The position numbers and the translations under genes are program-made. From NCBI RefSeq assembly GCF_004010195.1, contig NC_057720.1, positions 4,052,939-4,093,518 on the forward strand: a stretch of DNA of 40,580 nt, in the 5' to 3' direction. Positions 1 to 11,374 of the stretch are shown here, one piece after another (position 1 is the first letter of the stretch; every line of letters starts with the position of its first letter). The notes beneath the pieces were generated by a model that did no database searches, was not told the origin of the DNA, and worked only from the letters and a program-made list of their open reading frames with translations. This stretch comes from Chiloscyllium plagiosum (lineage: Eukaryota).

Positions 1-219
1 AATACCACACACACACATTCTCACTCCCTAGAAAGCCTGAATGTTTCTCTGTCCGGCCTGTGGCATGGCCTGTGTAACAGTTTTGTGCTAAAGCTCAGCT
101 GCACGTTCTCCTTGTTGTTGATATTTAAATGGCACGAGGTTTCCTGTTTTACTGAAGGGACTTTGTCTACTGCTAAGTGTGTCCGACAAATTGCTGTTGG
201 AGCTTTTCCAGCGGCCTGG

Positions 220-253
220 ATATTTATTTTATTTACATTCTCTCCTTTTACAG
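220..253 (+). other. Splice acceptor (polypyrimidine tract + CAG) of the LPAR3 coding exon
   Basis: tttattttatttacattctctccttttacag, 20 nt upstream of the ATG. Confidence 0.8.
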
Positions 254-273
254 ACATCGAGTTGGAAGGGAAG

Positions 274-1006
274 ATGGTGACTTGCCACTATAACAAAACA
301 ATGAACTTTTTCTACAATCTCACAACTAGCTCAGAGGTACAGGAATGGAGCATCCGCCATTACCTGGGTTTGGGTTTTGGTATAGTTTGCTGCCTGTTTA
401 TCTTCCTGTGTAACACCATGATCGTAATCGCTGTGATACGCAACCGTCGGTTCCATTTCCCTTTCTTCTACTTGCTCGCCAATCTTGCGTCTGCTGACAT
501 TTTTGCCAGCCTGGCCTACGTCTTCCTGATGTTTAACACGGGCCCAGTTTCGAGGACACTGACAGTGCATCGTTACCTGCTGCGTGAGGCCCTACTGAAC
601 GTGAGCTTCTGTGCATCACTGTACAGCCTGCTGGTAATTGCCATCGAACGCTACCTCTCTGTCATCAAGATGAGACTCCACAGCAGCCTATCAAAACGTC
701 GGGTCACTCTCCTGGTCCTGGTTATCTGGGGAACTGCGGTCTTCATGGCTACCATCCCCAACATGGGATGGAATTGTATCTGTGACATCAGCACCTGTTC
801 ATCACTGGCCCCCATTTACAGCAGGAGTTTCCTGATATTCTGGGCTCTATTCAACCTCTTCATGCTTGGCTTTGTTGTAATAATATATCTGCGGATTTAT
901 ATCTACGTCAGAAAGAAAACCTTGAATTTGATGTCTCACACGACTGGCTCCATCAAACGCAACAAAATGCCTATGAAGCTGATAAAGACCATTGTGACAG
1001 TTCTGG
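274..1006 (+). CDS. LPAR3: Lysophosphatidic acid receptor 3-like GPCR, first coding exon (N-terminus to mid-TM6); partial CDS
   Basis: Translation from ATG 274 (MVTCHYNKTMNFFYN...NRRFHFPFFYLLANLASAD...LMFNTGPVS...GWNCICDISTCSSLAPIYSRS...PMKLIKTIVTVLG) follows vertebrate LPA3 motif for motif. It is preceded by a pyrimidine tract and AG at 252-253 and ends at G|GTAAGT (1006/1007), the phase-1 TM6 intron typical of LPAR1-3. Confidence 0.93.
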
Positions 1007-1251
1007 GTAAGTGATTGCTTCCTTCAGTTGTTGGTATTATAGCACCCTGTAATACAGTCAAAAATCAATTTGGCCCATTGTGTGAACACTTGGTCTTTGG
1101 GAAGATGAAAACTGACCATAGTCTTGTTGATGGAGAAACCAGACTTTGAATGGGCCCATTGCAGTTCCTATTTCTAATCATCTGCCTCCACTACATCTTC
1201 TCACTTCATCCCTGGATCCTACAATTTCTTTAATACCCAACCATTGACCAA

Positions 1252-1560
1252 GGGTGGCATGGTGGCTCAGTGGTTAGCACTGCTGCCTCACAGTGGCAAG
1301 GTCCTGCGTTTGATTCCAATCTCAGGTGACTGTGTGGAGTTTGCATGTTCTCCCCGTGTCTGCTTGAGTTTCTTCCGGGTGTTCCAGTGTGAGTTAGGGT
1401 GAATTGGCCATAGTGCCCAGAGACATGCAGGCTAGGTGCATTAGCCATGGGAAATGCAGAGTTAGTCGGGTGAGTCTAGGTGAGATGCTTTTAGGAGAGT
1501 TGGTGTGGATTTGATGGGCTGAATGCCCTGTTTCCACACAGTAGGAGTTCTATGATCCTA
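1252..1560 (+). mobile_element. HE1-like tRNA-derived V-SINE (variant with CTATG-type tail)
   Basis: A-box TGGCTCAGTGG, TTAGCACTGCTGCCTCACAG, V-core GTGTGGAGTTTGCATGTTCTCCCCGTGTCTG, CR1-like 3' end. Confidence 0.85.
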
Positions 1561-1620
1561 ACCTCTGTCTTGAATGTACTTCTATGAGCTCTTTGGCATA
1601 GACAATTGGCAGCACTGTGT

Positions 1621-1915
1621 GCGGCACAGTGGCACAGTGGTTAGCACTGCTGCCTCACAGCGCCAGAGACCCGGGTTCAATTCCCGCCTCAAGCGACTGA
1701 CTGTGTGGCGTTTGCACATTCTTCCCGTGTCTGCGTGGGTTTCCTCCGGGTGCTCCGGTTTCCTCCCACAGTCCAAAAATATGCAGGTCAGGTGAATTGG
1801 CCATGCTAAATTGCCCATAGTGTTAGATTTAGGGGAACGGGTCTGGGTGGGGACGGGTCGGTGTGAACTTGTTGGGCCGAAGGGTCTGTTTCCACACTGT
1901 AAGTAATCTAATCTA
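1621..1915 (+). mobile_element. HE1-like V-SINE, well-preserved copy
   Basis: A box, B box GGTTCAATTCC, V-core, tail ending (AATCT)n. Confidence 0.9.
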
Positions 1916-2179
1916 AAAAAATATAAAGCCAATTCATGAAATTAAAAAAAACCCAATATTTCCAAGATTCACAATCTTTTCAAGAAAGTGTTTTTTCTCA
2001 TTTTCTATTCAATGTGATGACGTTTCTTCTTAACTTTAATTTCCATGGTCTACCTTCCCTAAGCAGGGGAAAACATTTTCACATAATCCACAATGCGAAT
2101 CCTTAAAGGATTTGGTCTGTTTCAACAAGAATATCTCACAGATTTCTAACCTCTAGGAAATCTAGACCTGCCTTTCCAG

Positions 2180-2588
2180 GCAGGAGATGGTGGTCATGTC
2201 ACTGGGTGAGCAAGCCAGTAACTCTAGACTAATGTTCTTGGGGATATGGGTTCACATCCCAGTCTGGTAGATGGTGAAATACAAACAAAATGGCAGCATG
2301 GAAGGATTAGATTAGATTAGATTAGATTCCCTACAGTGTGGAAATAGGCCCTTCGGCCCAACAAGTCCACACCAACCCTCCGAAAAGTAACCCATCCAGA
2401 CCCATTCCCCTTCATTTAGTGGTGCAAAACCCATCTGGTTTACTAATGTCTTTCAGGGAAGGAAAGCTACCATACTTCTCTGGTCTGGCCTATGTGTGAC
2501 TCCAGACCCACAGCAATGTGGTTGACTCTTAACAAATTGGGTTGGGCAATAAATTCTGGCACATCCTGTCAATGAATCAAAAAATAAA
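2180..2588 (+). mobile_element. Second SINE family (unnamed, tRNA-like head), interrupted by an HE1 3' fragment (~2304-2410, minus strand)
   Basis: Core CCCATCTGGTT.ACTAATGTC.TT.AGGGAAGGAAA...TGTGACTCCAGACCCACAGCAATGTGGTTGACTCTTAAC recurs at 3520, 9221, 21990, 33147; a (GATTA)n-led HE1 tail lies inside. Confidence 0.7.
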
Positions 2589-2813
2589 CCCACTCTGCTT
2601 TCATTCCAGGAACAGCATAAGGAACCTTTGTTGAACTACACATACCTGTTTGAAACATATAAGACCCTCAAGGGTCTTGACAGGTTAGATGTAGAGAGCA
2701 TGTTTCCTTTGAATGGGTGGGGCGTGGGGGTTCGATGGTCGTGAGCTCATGTTTTGGGGTCACAAGATCTGAGACAGTAACAACTGTGTGAAGTTTGGAC
2801 AAAATTACAGGAC

Positions 2814-2932
2814 AAAGTCAGGACTGCAGATGCTGGAGATCAGAGCTTAAAAATGTGTTGCTGGAAAAGCGCAGCAGGTCAGGCAGCATCAAAGGAGAAG
2901 GAGAATCGACATTTTGGGCATAAGCCCTTCTT
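2814..2932 (-). mobile_element. Penelope-like element terminal fragment (family 1)
   Basis: Similar to 25496-25640 and 6990-7082; truncated within the hammerhead core. Confidence 0.65.
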
Positions 2933-3519
2933 TTGATAACCCCCCACTCCCCCATAAAACCCAACTGGATCATGAACAAGGAACCAAACCTGCTACCTGG
3001 CCGGAACCAGCAGGTACCTGTCAGACCTGGATCAGGGTGAATAATCATTGCTGGCCCTACCAGCAACATCCACAAAGAGCCAAAGGAGAAGCTGTGTGTG
3101 CCTTTTGTTTTATATAAACAAGTGATGTTTCGTGAGCACTATAGTTGCGTGAACATTGGGTTTGTCAGGTAAAGAGATTATTGTGTGGATAGATTGTGGT
3201 TAACAATTCTGTGGCTCTGTTTTGAACCTGTTGGAACTTGTATCTCCTCTGGGTGCGACTGTACACATCAAGATCAACAACAGTTCAATTACATCCCATT
3301 TCATTGGGAACAGGGAGAGGCTGGAATACAATTCAGACAAACCTGGGTGGGTTGACGCACTGGAATCAGCAGAAACAGTGAGCCTGGGCTGTACAAGGAG
3401 AAGAGTAACAAGCATTTCAGAAAGGGCTTAAAGTGAAGGTGGAGGACAAGGTGAAAACCAACTGAATTATCCAAACGTTGCTGACTACTCACTCATAATT
3501 CTCGGCAGGTTTTTAAAAT

Positions 3520-3845
3520 TTTAAAAAAATTCATTCACAGCATGTTGCTATCTCTGGCTAGTCCAGCATTTATTACTCATTTCTAAATGCACAGAGGGCA
3601 GTTAAGAGTCAACCACGTTGCCGTGGGTCTGGAGTCACATGGACTTCAAACCTGGTAAGGACAATATTTTCCTTCCCTAAAGGACATTAGTGAATCAGAT
3701 GGGTTTTACCAACAGTTGAAAGTGGCCATCATTGGACTCTTAATCCCAGCATCTGCTGCGGTGGGATTCAAACCCAGCTCCCCAGAATGTTACCTGGGTC
3801 TCTGTATTGACAGTCCACAATAATATCACTTGGCCACAGCCTCCA
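3520..3845 (-). mobile_element. Second SINE family copy
   Basis: Reverse complement of the core at 2430-2585, with B-box-like GGGTTTGAATCCC. Confidence 0.75.
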
Positions 3846-3989
3846 ATCTTACTGGAAAACCATAGTGAGATTTGAACAAGTTTGTCAATTTATTAAACTG
3901 GTTTCTGGTTTCATCAGTCCAATCAACATAATCAAAACATTACAGTCCCTGCAGAGACAAACTACAAGATTCCATGATACCTTTCGTAG

Positions 3990-4235
3990 GGATGATTTGG
4001 AGATGCTGGTGTTGGACTGGGATGTATAAAGATAAAAATCACACAACACCAGGTTATAGTCCAACAGGTTTAATTGGAAGCACTAGCTTTCGGAGCGCAT
4101 TGATAGCAAAATGTATTTTCTATAAATTCTGTGTCTTACAATTGTGTCCTCCACAACCACCTGATGAAGGAGCGTCGCTCCGAAAGCTAGTGCTTCCAAT
4201 TAAACCTGTTGGACTATAAACTGGTGTTGTGTGAT
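3990..4235. mobile_element. Fold-back PLE derivative (family 2) with 60-bp inverted arms
   Basis: 4038-4097 is the reverse complement of 4176-4235 with 1 mismatch; related ends at 13750-13877 and 19227-19312. Confidence 0.75.
4158..4192 (+). ncRNA. Minimal type I hammerhead ribozyme motif
   Basis: CAC-CUGAUGA-A-GGAGC(GUC)GCUCC-GAAA-GC-UA-GUG: intact core, 5-bp stem II, palindromic AGCU stem III, 3-bp stem I. Confidence 0.65.
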
Positions 4236-4253
4236 GAAGGAATAAGTTGGACA

Positions 4254-4483
4254 AAAGTAGAAATTACTGGAAAAGCTCAGCAGGTTTGACAGCATCTACA
4301 GAGGGAAATTAAGTTAATGTTTTGGGTCGAGAGACCAGTCCTTAGTTCTGAGGAAGGGTTTCTCGACCTGAAATGTTAACTCTGATTTCTCTGTAAAGAT
4401 GCTGCCCAACCATGCTGAGCTTTTCCAGCAATTTATGTTTTTGTCTGTGATTTACAGCATCCACGGGTCTTTTATTTTTATCT
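4254..4483. mobile_element. Fold-back PLE derivative (family 3) with decayed hammerhead
   Basis: Inverted arms (GGAAAAGCTCAGCAGG / GCTGAGCTTTTCC), CTGAGGA...GAAATGTTAAC, flanked by GAATAAGTTGGACA (4240-4253) and GAATAGGTTTGACA (4484-4497). Confidence 0.7.
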
Positions 4484-5011
4484 GAATAGGTTTGACAGCT
4501 TCTTCCAAAAGGTATGTGGCCTTATTGAGACCACATCTGGAGTACAGTGAGTAATTCTGGACTCCTTACTGAAGACACATTTGTCCTCGAGGGATCATAG
4601 AATTATAGAACTGTACAATCATACAGTACAGGAAAGGTCCTTCAACCCATCAAGTCCACATGACTAAAAATGCATTACCGCCTACATTAGTCCTACTTAC
4701 CAGCATTAGGCCCATAGACTTGAATGTTATATCACTTCAAGTGACCTGGGTTTGAATCCCACCGCAGGAGACAGGAATTTAGCTTCAATAAAAATCTGGA
4801 ATTAAGAGTCTAATGATGACCACTTTTTAAAGTTGTGAGGTTTCCTGAATCAACTCCCCTTCTAGGCAGTGCACTTTCTGGGTGGTAAAACCTTTCCTCA
4901 AATCCTCTCTAAACCTTCTGCCTTTCAGTTCAAAATTACATCCCTTGTTATAATGAGGAGTACAATGAATATTCACTGAACTTGTTACAAATATTATATA
5001 AATGGATAAAA

Positions 5012-5302
5012 ATTAGATTCCTTACAGTATGGAAACAGGCCCTTCGACCCAACAAGTCCAAACTGACTCTCTGAAGAATAACCCACCCAGACCCGATATT
5101 TACCCAAGACTAGTGCACCTAACACTATGGACAATTTAGCATGGCCAATTCACCTGATCTGCACATCTTTGGATGAAACCCACGCAGACACGGGGAGAAT
5201 GTGCAAACTCCGCACAGACAGGTCCCCGAGGCTGGAATCAAACCCAGATCCCTGGTGCTGTGAGGCAGTAGTGCTGCTTACCACTGAGCTACCGTGCCAA
5301 CC
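5012..5302 (-). mobile_element. HE1-like V-SINE
   Basis: Reverse complement of the HE1 head, V-core (internal deletion) and tail. Confidence 0.85.
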
Positions 5303-6015
5303 AAGACTGCAGAAAGCAGCAGCACAGAGAGATTTAGGAGTGTTCATCCGTAAATCACAAAATCCTAGCATTCACATTCAGCAGGTAATAAGGAAGGCAG
5401 ATGGAATGTTGGCTTTATTTCAAAGGGAATGGAGTGTAAACGTCAGACGGCTTTCCTGTAACTTTACAGGACCACAGCTAATACAGTCAATAATTTTGTG
5501 CCTGTCCCTTACCTAAGGAAAGACAGGCTGGCATTGGAAGCAGACCACTGAATGTTCACTCAGTTGATCCTGGCTTTAGGAGGGACTGTCTTATGAGGAG
5601 AGGTTGAGTAGACTGGGCCAGTACTCATTGGAATATAGAAGAGATTAGATTCTGAGTGAACTTGAAGAGGTAGATGTGGAGAGGTTGTTTCCCCTTGTGG
5701 GAGAATCTAGGACCAGAGGGAATAATCTCAGAATAAGGGAACACATATTTAAGACAGAGATGAGGACGAATTCGTTCTCTCACAGGGTGGTGAATCTGTG
5801 GAATTCTTTACCACAGAGAGCTGTGGAGGCTGAGTCATTGAGTATACACCAGGCTGAGGTAAACAGATTTTAAATCAGCAAAAGAACCAAGGAATTACGG
5901 GGAAAAGGCAGCAAAGTGGAGCTAAGGACTATCAGATCAGCCATGATCACATTGAATGGCGGAGCAGACTCGATGGGCTGAATGGCCTACTTCTACTCCT
6001 ATGGCTTATGGTCTT
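5303..6015 (+). mobile_element. CR1 LINE 3' fragment
   Basis: QRDLGVFI, ERLFPLVGESRTRG, FSHRVVNLWNSLPQRAVEA, CR1-type 3' UTR. Confidence 0.85.
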
Positions 6016-6309
6016 TAATTTATTGGAATGAAGGGATTGGCCTAGCAGGACAGATGAAGCAAACTTGTCCTATATTCCTGAGAAATTAGAAAAATAAAAA
6101 GTGTGATTATGAGATAGTAACAGCAATAGGCTTCAGCAATATTGTTCATCTTATAATCCAGACTTATTCACATCTGTACTTTCTCAAACCTCGTTTATAC
6201 CACCATCCCACTATACCTGATCAGTCTGAAATAGGAAGCAGCCTATTTCCTTTAACACTAATCACATGGACATGACGATATTTGTCCTTTTGCTGAACAT
6301 TTGATATTT

Positions 6310-6613
6310 GGACGGCACGGTGGCTCAGTGGTTAGCACTGCTGTCTCACAGCAGGTTGGATTCCTGCCTCAGGATATTGTCTGTGTGGAGTTTGCACATT
6401 TTCCCTGTGTCTGTGTAGGTTTCCTCCGGGTGCTCCGGTTTCCTCCACAGTCCAAAGATGTGCAGGTCGGGTGAATTGGTCATGCTAAATTCCCTTGGTG
6501 TTAGGTGCATTAGTAGGGGGGAATGGGTTTGGGTGGGTTACTCTTTGGAGGGTCGGTGTGGACCTGTTGGGCCAAATGGCCTCTTTTCACACTGTAGGGA
6601 ATCTAACCTAATC
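6310..6613 (+). mobile_element. HE1-like V-SINE
   Basis: GGCACGGTGGCTCAGTGGTTAGCACTG, V-core, AATCT tail. Confidence 0.88.
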
Positions 6614-7097
6614 ATTTAGGTGTGCTTTCCTTATGAGAATTGAGAATGTTTCTAATCAGAAACATGTTCCGAGTTGTCAGCAGACTTGTCAGTAGATTTG
6701 TTTGAGGGCAATCCTGTCTGACTAATTTAATTGAGTTATTTGAAAAGGTGATTAAATATATTGATGAGGGTAGTCCACTGACGTGGTTTCCATGGACTGC
6801 AGTTAGGCCTGTGACAGGGTCTCACAAGGAAAGGGGTCCAAAAGATGGGATCCAAGGCATGTTGGCAGACAAGATCCAAACAGGAAGCAAAGGATGATAG
6901 TGGATGGCATTTTTGCAATTGGAAACCTATGACCAGACAAGATAAATCTCATTTCAGACAGAGTTGGATTTAATTTGTATCTTAATTGATACAGTCAAAA
7001 TGTATAATGCTGGAAACACACAGCAGGTCAGGCAGAGTCCAAGGAACAGCAAAGTCGACATTTTGGGCATAAGCCCTTCATCTTGATTGGCCTGGGA

Positions 7098-8778
7098 AAT
7101 AGAACATAGAACAATATAATGCAGAACAGGCCCTTCCGCCCTCGATGTTGCGCCGACCTGTGAACAATTCTCAGCTCGTCCCCCTACACTATCCCAAAAT
7201 CATCCATGTGCTTATCAAATGATTCTTTAAATCTCCTTAATGCGGCTGAGTCGACTACATTAGCAGGCAGGGCATTCCACACGCTTACCACTCTCTGTGT
7301 AAAGAACTTGCCTCTGACATCTGTCTTAAATCTATTACCCCTCAATTTGTAGTTATACCCCCCTCGTACAAGCTGACGTCATCATCCTCGGAAAAAGACT
7401 CTCACTGTCTACCCTCTCTAATCCTCTGATCATCTTGTATGTCTCTATCAAATCCCCTTTTAGCCTTCTTCTTTACAATGAGAACAGACCCAAGTCTCTC
7501 AGCCTTTCTTCATAAGACCTTCCCTCCAGACCAGGCAACATCCTGGTAAATCTGCTCTGTACCTTTTCCAATGCTTCCACATCACTAAATATGGGGGCGA
7601 GAACGGTACACAATATTTCAAGTCTGGCCACACTAGCGTTTTGTATAGTTGCAGCATGATATTGTGGTTCCGGAACTCAATCCCCCTACAAATGAAACCT
7701 AACATACCATATGCCTTCTTAACAGGCACTATCCACGTGGGTGGCAATTTTCAGGGGTCTATGTACATGGACTCCAAGATCCCTCTGCACATCCACATTA
7801 CCAAGATTCTTTCCATTGACCCAGTACTCTGCCTTCTTGTTATTCTTCCCAAAGTGCATCACCTCACATTCAGTTGCATTGAACTCCATTTGCCACCTCT
7901 CAGCCCAATTCTGCAGTTTATCCATGTCCCCCTGCAACGTGTAACATTCTTCCAAACTGTCCACAACTCCACCGACTTTAGTGTCATCTGCAACTTTACT
8001 AATCCTTCCACCTATGCCTGCATCTATGTCATTTATAAAAATGACAAACAGCAGTGGTCCCAAAACAGACCCTTGTGGCACACTACTGGTAACCGGACTC
8101 CAGGCTGAATATTTTCCATCAACCACCACTCGCTGCCTTCTTTCAGAAAGCCAGTTTCTAATCCAAACTGCTGAATCACTCTCAATCCCATGCCTCTGCA
8201 TTTTCTCCAACAGCCTACCGTGTGGAACCTTATCAAATGCTTTACTGAAGTCCATGTATACCATGTCGACTGCCCTACCCTCATCTACATGCTTGGTCAC
8301 CTTCTCAAAAAACTCAATGAGGTTTGTGAGACATGACCTGCCCTTGACCAAACCATGTTGACTATCTGAAATCAAATTGTTGCTTGCTGGATGATTATAA
8401 ATCTTTTCTCATATAATCCTTTCCAAAACCTTTCCTACAACAGAAGTAAGGCTCACTGGTCTATAATTACCTGGGTCATCTCTACTGCCCTTCTTGAACA
8501 AGGGCACATCATTTGCATTCCTCCAGTTCTCTGGTACTAAACCTGTAGACAATGATGACTCAAATATCAAAGCCAAAGGTTCTGCTATCTCCTCCCTAGC
8601 TTTCCAGAGAATCCTCAGAAAAATCCCATCCAGCCCAGGGGACGTGTCTACTTTCACTCCTTCTAGAATTAATAAGACCTGTTCGTAACTAACCTCGATC
8701 CTTTCTAGTCTAATATCCCGTACGATATTCTTCTCCTCGACAATATTCTCCTTTTCCTGAGTGAAAACCGATGAGAAG
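7098..8778 (-). mobile_element. 5'-truncated CR1 LINE with RT domain
   Basis: ORFs 8409-8891 (PLFKKG...NYRPVSLTSVVGK) and 7719-8375 (YMDFSKAFDKVPH, VPQGSVLGPLLF, VADD); TTCTATG-type tail at ~7098. Confidence 0.95.
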
Positions 8779-9544
8779 TGCTGACAGACTGAATTATTGT
8801 TGATGTTGATTGTTGGGGGGGATGAGGGGATAGTGGGAGGGAGTAATGGTGGTTGTGGGAAATCAGCAGAACTGCATTTAAGCCTAACCATATAATGTCA
8901 CAGGCTTATTGACTGCCATTTCACAAGACCACATTGTAATGGCCCTCATAAGGTAAACCAGCAGAATATTGCAAAGAGCATTTTCACATCATTAAAACCT
9001 TCTTAACCGCATCACAGTTAATACAGAGCCCAGCTACGTAAAATGATATGATAATAAAATATTTCCTTCTCAGTGGAGGTGGGAATTAACTGGTTTCTTG
9101 CTTGAGCTCATCAAGATTGCAACAAAAGTGGAGTTTGCTGGAAAAGCTCAGCAGATCTGGCAGCATCTATGGAGAGAAGGCAGAGTTAACATTTTGGGTC
9201 CAGTGACCCTTCCTCAAAACAGACTGGCCTCTGTGTGACTCCAGACCCTCAACAATGTGGTTGACTTAGGAACAGCATAAGTAAGCCACGCAGTTCAAAG
9301 GCAGTTAGGGATGGACAGAAAATAACAGCTTCACCAGTGATGTCCACATCTCATGAAAATACTTAAAACCAAGTTGGTCCTTAGAGTAATAGTACTGACA
9401 TGACTGTCACTCAGGGCATAATGTTTGAGGGAAAAGCTCTCATTCTCAGAATGTCTATTCTTGATTTGAAACCCCAGGCCAAATTTGACTTGTTTAGTTA
9501 AATGTTCCAGCCTGGGCATTGACGTGCTCCTATCATCATCCAGT

Positions 9545-10047
9545 AAAGGGTGTTGTGAAACTTGAAAGAGTTCAGAAAACATTTACAAAGATGTTTCCAG
9601 GGTTGAAGGATTTAAGCTTCAGGGAGAGGCTGATAAGACTGTTTTCCCTGGAGCATTGAAGACTGAAGGGTGACGTTATAGAGGTTTACAAAATTATGAG
9701 GGGCATGGATAAAGCCAATAACACAAGGTCTTTTCACTGGGGTGGGAGAGTCCAGACTAGAGAGCTTAGGTTTAGGGTGAGAGGGGAAGGATATAAAGAG
9801 GACCTAAGGGGCAACGTTTTCACACAGAGGGTGGTACGTGTATGGAATGAGCTGCCAGAGGAAGTGATGGAGGTTGATACAATTGTAACATTTAAAAGGT
9901 ATTTGCATGAGTATATAAGTAGGAAGGGCTTAGAGGGATTTGGACCAAGTGCTGGCAAATGGGAGTAGATTAGGAGGGCATAACCAATCAGCATGGACGA
10001 GTTGGACCGAAGGGTCTGTTTCTGTGCTGTACAGCTCTATGACTCTA
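9545..10047 (+). mobile_element. CR1 LINE 3' fragment
   Basis: FTQRVVRVWNELPEEV; tail CTCTATGACTCTA. Confidence 0.9.
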
Positions 10048-10149
10048 CTTCCACAGTCCTGATTCCATTTAATTCTCTGTTATCTGTCTTTCCCATTTCA
10101 ATGACTATGGATCAACCGTGGTAACCATGGAAAATACCTTGTCTATTTA

Positions 10150-11300
10150 CCCTTACAGCATGGAAACAGACCCTTCGGTCCAACCAGTACACAGTGACCA
10201 TCATCCCAAACTAGTCCCATCTGCCTGCACTTGATCCATATCCCTCCAAACATTTTTATTCATGTACTTATTTCAAAGTCTTTTAAATATTGTAACTGTA
10301 CCTGCATCCACCACTTTCAGTTAAAGGTCGTTCTATGCATGAACCACTCTCTGTGTTAAAAAATTTGCCCTCATGTGTTTTTTAAATCTTTCTCCTCCCA
10401 CCTAAAAATATGCCGCCTAGTCCTGAAATTCTCCACCTTAGGGAAAAGCTGTTCACTTTATCTATGGCCCTCATGATTTTGTAAACCTCCTACGCTCATC
10501 CTCGTAAATTTTTTGAATCCTCTCCAGCTTAATAATATCCTTCCGAAAGAGAGCAGAACTCCACCCAGTACTTTACAAGAGGCCTTCCCAATATCCTGTA
10601 CAACTTCAACATAACATCTCAATTCCTATACTCAAAGGTCTGAGTAATGAAGGCAAGCATGCTCAATGACTTTGTAACCAGCCTGTCTACGTGTGATGCA
10701 ACTTTCAAGGAACTATGTACTGTGAGGCCCGAGGCCTCTCTGTCCTACAATATTACCCAAAGTCCTACTTCTAATTGTATAAGTCCTGCACCTGTTTGTT
10801 TTACCAAAATGCAATACCTCACATTTATCCAAATTAAACCTCATCTGCCACCTTTTAGCCCATTGATCCAAACAGGATTGTTACAGCACCGAAGGAGGCC
10901 ATTCAACCCACTGTGCCTAAATTGGCTTGTTAAATGAACATCATCACCTCATGCCAACCCTCTTGTTTTTCCCCCATATCCTTGCCCACTGTTTCTATTC
11001 AAACAGACATCTAAAGTCCCTCTTGAATGCCTCAATTGAACCTGCCTTGAACACATATGCAGGCAAACATCTTAACTACTCGCTGGGTGAAATAAATTTT
11101 CCTCACATCACCCTTGCTTCATTGACACATCACTATAAACCTATTTCCTCTTGCTCTTGTTTAATGATGTCTCCTTTTCTGAGCAGGAACAGTCTCTCCC
11201 TATCACTGTATCTGCTTGTGATTTTGAAAAAAACTCAATCAAATCTCCTGTTAGCCTTCTCTCTGAGGAGAACAAGCCCATCATTTACAATCTATCCTGA
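10150..11300 (-). mobile_element. Two adjacent decayed CR1 3' fragments
   Basis: Reverse-complement similarity to the CR1 3' ends at 9545 and 11375; second 3' end near 10875. Confidence 0.7.
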
Positions 11301-11374
11301 TCACTGTAATCTATTATTTAATTTCTTTTTCTTTTGTACGATGTTTATAAACATCATGTTCCTGGAACCATTCA

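Noticed and set aside
85..273. 63-aa N-terminal extension of the receptor in the ORF track
   Set aside because: It starts at a non-ATG codon and crosses the splice acceptor; homology begins at ATG 274.
1007..1014. Apparent premature stop (GK*) suggesting a truncated receptor or pseudogene
   Set aside because: This is read-through into the intron after the conserved TM6 donor.
1621..1700. tRNA gene
   Set aside because: The A/B boxes belong to the SINE head and run into the V-core; many copies in the window.
7719..8375. 218-aa RT ORF as an active or domesticated gene
   Set aside because: Part of a 5'-truncated CR1 with flanking stops and frameshifts and no endonuclease.
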